From an uncultured delta proteobacterium (GTDB lineage Bacteria > Desulfobacterota > Binatia > UBA9968), in the NCBI GenBank assembly GCA_963771465.1, contig CAVYTU010000009.1:192001-256000 (forward strand): 64,000 nucleotides of DNA. The letters are read 5' to 3'. Made by a program: the position numbers and the translations under genes. How positions within the stretch are numbered: position 1 is the first letter of the stretch; every line of letters begins with the position of its first letter. Below are positions 58,678-64,000 of this stretch, piece after piece. The notes beneath the pieces are model-generated. The model made no database searches. It saw only the letters and a program-made list of their open reading frames with translations, and was not told the DNA's origin.

Positions 58678-59772
58678 ATGGCTGACTACCGAATCATCGA
58701 CGCCGACGGGCATGTGATGGAGCTGGACTCAGAGCTGCGTGAGTTTATTGGCGCGCCGTATAATGACTTGGAGTGGCACCAAAGCTATTCATTTTGGCCG
58801 GGCCTGACGATGGACGGTTTTCTTCGTTCGCTGCGTAAGAAAGGCGGCTGGGCTGGCGGCGGCACCGGGCCGAATGCCCAAGATTGGCTACGTTTTCTCG
58901 ACATCAACAAGATCGAGCTGACCGTGCTGTACCCGACTCAGGGCCTGACCCACGGCGCGATTCAAGACCACGACTGGGCGATCTGCATGGCCAAAGCTTA
59001 CAACGACTGGCTCTACAACAAGTTCATGGCGGTGAGCCGGCGTTTGGTCGGCGTTGCGCTACTGCCGATCCAAGACATCGGCGAAGCGGTCAAGGAACTG
59101 CGCCGCGCGGTGACCGAGTTGGGCATGGTCGGCGCCGTGCTTCCCGCGGTTGCACCGGCGGGACGGCTCTACAGCGGACCAGAGTTTTATCCGCTATGGG
59201 AAGAAGCACAGCGGCTCGACGTACCGGTTTCGACTCACGGCGGTTTAAGCATGCCGTCGCTCGGCCTCGATATGGTGAACAATTTCACCATCGGCCACAC
59301 GCTTGAACATCCCTTCGCGCAAATTCGCCAGTTCACGGCGTTGATGTTCGAAGGGGTTTTTGAATTGTTCCCCAATTTCAAATTCGGCTGCATCGAGTGC
59401 GGCGTCGGCTGGGTGCCTTACATGATGGACCGCATGGACGAAGAACAAGAGCGCAAAGGCCATTATTCGCCGCGCTGCAAATTGAAACCCAGCGAGTACG
59501 TCAAGAAAGGCAACATCTATTTCGCGGTCGAAGTCGAAGAGTCGGCGCTGCCGCTCGCCGCTCAAGTAGGGAATGACAATTCGCTCATCTGGGCCTCCGA
59601 CTACCCGCACGAACGCGACCAACGCGACTTCAGCCACGACATTCCGAACTTGATCAATCGCAAAGATATCAGCGATGAATTAAAGCGTAAGATCTTCTGG
59701 GACAACCCACTGCGTTTCTATCCGCGACTGAAAGCGCGAGTAGAGAAGGACGAAACTAAAGCTGTCGCTTAG
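58678..59772 (+). CDS. Amidohydrolase_2 family protein
   Basis: IDADGH, VLYPT, AYNDW, IECGVGW and ASDYPH motifs. Confidence 0.92.
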   Translation: MADYRIIDADGHVMELDSELREFIGAPYNDLEWHQSYSFWPGLTMDGFLRSLRKKGGWAGGGTGPNAQDWLRFLDINKIELTVLYPTQGLTHGAIQDHDWAICMAKAYNDWLYNKFMAVSRRLVGVALLPIQDIGEAVKELRRAVTELGMVGAVLPAVAPAGRLYSGPEFYPLWEEAQRLDVPVSTHGGLSMPSLGLDMVNNFTIGHTLEHPFAQIRQFTALMFEGVFELFPNFKFGCIECGVGWVPYMMDRMDEEQERKGHYSPRCKLKPSEYVKKGNIYFAVEVEESALPLAAQVGNDNSLIWASDYPHERDQRDFSHDIPNLINRKDISDELKRKIFWDNPLRFYPRLKARVEKDETKAVA

Positions 59773-59790
59773 TCAAAAACTTCGAATACT

Positions 59791-59863
59791 GCACCACAGA
59801 GGCACAGAGTTCGCGGAAAGGATTATCTATTTCTTCTCTGCATCCTCTGTGTCTCTGCCGTGT
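59791..59863. repeat. Intergenic palindrome CACCACAGAGGCACAGAG / CTCTGTGTCTCTG between convergent genes
   Basis: Same architecture as 1240-1313; partial copy near 52630. Confidence 0.75.
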
Positions 59864-59870
59864 AGTTCTT

Positions 59871-63086
<3,216 letters not shown>

Positions 63087-63130
63087 AAATAGAGCAGATC
63101 TCAGATAGAGAGTGAGATAAGAAGAGACGA

Positions 63131-63730
63131 TTACTTAGGCAACAAAGGATGTAACTGCCGATCGTGTAGTTTTGCCAAAAGCGCCAGCGCCAGCAGCGCA
63201 CCTAGCAGCGCCAGCGCCATATCCGATTGGGTATCCCACATATAGCCTTGGGTGCCGAGAAAACTTTCGGCGGAGTCACCGGTCGCCACGGCGACGGCCC
63301 ATTCGAATAGTTCGTACAACGCGCTAAAGGCGAGACAAATCGAAACGACAAACAGATTCAACCAGCTCCGGCCGTTGACCACTTGATGGCGAACCAAGAT
63401 CTCACGGGCGATGATCGCCGGAACAAACCCCTGGGTGAAGTGGCCGAGCTTGTCGTAGTTGTTTCGTTGCCAGCCGAAGAAACTGCGGACGAATTTAAAC
63501 GTATCGACCTCGGCGTAGGTATAATGCGCGCCGAGAAAAAGAATCAGGCAATGACCAAGTATCAAGGTATAAGCGAGCGGCGTTAGCGGGAAGCGCTTGT
63601 AAGTTGCGGCGAGAATGACGAGAGCGATCAGCGCCGGCACCGCTTCGAGAAACCAAGTAAAGTAATCCCGTGGATTGACAGCCGACCAAACAAGAGCGCT
63701 GAAATAAACGGTCAGCCAAAGAAACTTCAT
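63131..63730 (-). CDS. DUF2238 (YjdF-like) membrane protein
   Basis: W.LE, GAHYTYA, RN.YD..GHF, YE..EW and GTQG..WD.Q.DM motifs. Confidence 0.9.
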   Translation of the reverse strand: MKFLWLTVYFSALVWSAVNPRDYFTWFLEAVPALIALVILAATYKRFPLTPLAYTLILGHCLILFLGAHYTYAEVDTFKFVRSFFGWQRNNYDKLGHFTQGFVPAIIAREILVRHQVVNGRSWLNLFVVSICLAFSALYELFEWAVAVATGDSAESFLGTQGYMWDTQSDMALALLGALLALALLAKLHDRQLHPLLPK

Positions 63731-63742
63731 TTCACCCGGCCG

Positions 63743-64000
63743 TTAACCATGTTCTTTGACAATCGCTTGCCGGCGGAAACAGTTCACCGCATGATCGTTG
63801 ACCATGCCGGTTGCTTGCATATGCGCGTAAATAATCGTCGAGCCGACGAACTTAAAGCCGCGCTGCTTTAAGTCCTTGCTCAAAGCATCGGACTCACGGC
63901 TGGTCGCCGGATAATTTTTCAGCGATTTGAGACGATTGACGATCGGTTTGCCGTCGACGAAACGCCAAATGTATTTGTCGAAGCTGCCGAACTCTGCCTG
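63743..64000 (-). CDS. tag: DNA-3-methyladenine glycosylase I, C-terminal part (5' end outside the window)
   Basis: EFGSFDKYIWRFV...SDALSKDLKQRGFKFVGSTIIYAHMQATGMVNDHAVNC. Absent from the ORF track. Confidence 0.92.
   Translation of the reverse strand, partial: QAEFGSFDKYIWRFVDGKPIVNRLKSLKNYPATSRESDALSKDLKQRGFKFVGSTIIYAHMQATGMVNDHAVNCFRRQAIVKEHG

Overview
This is a roughly 55-58% GC (estimated by eye) bacterial chromosomal segment. Its content (many amidohydrolase_2 paralogues, orphan NMT1/THI5-type solute-binding proteins, characteristic intergenic palindromes) resembles Candidatus Binatota/'Deltaproteobacteria' MAGs; this is inference only. It is mostly accessory catabolic and redox genes, plus TamAB, an orphan Tad pseudopilin trio, two M23 peptidases, CarD and DnaE2. 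I found no rRNA, tRNA, CRISPR array, transposase or phage genes. Best-supported hidden signals: (1) an AhpD/CMD-like gene split in the ORF track that is probably one selenoprotein (CPY-UGA, SECIS-like hairpin 11 nt downstream); (2) a REP/RPE-like palindromic element inserted in frame in the DnaE2 PHP region; (3) two translationally coupled Rieske ferredoxins with unusual helical N-terminal extensions and no oxygenase partner; (4) a DUF1326-DUF2182-sulfite oxidase operon; (5) a CADD/TenA-like diiron enzyme in a catabolic cluster; (6) an exported alpha/beta-hydrolase lacking its nucleophile. Several genes are broken by small insertions, which looks like consensus sequencing error. All family calls come from motif recognition, not database searches.
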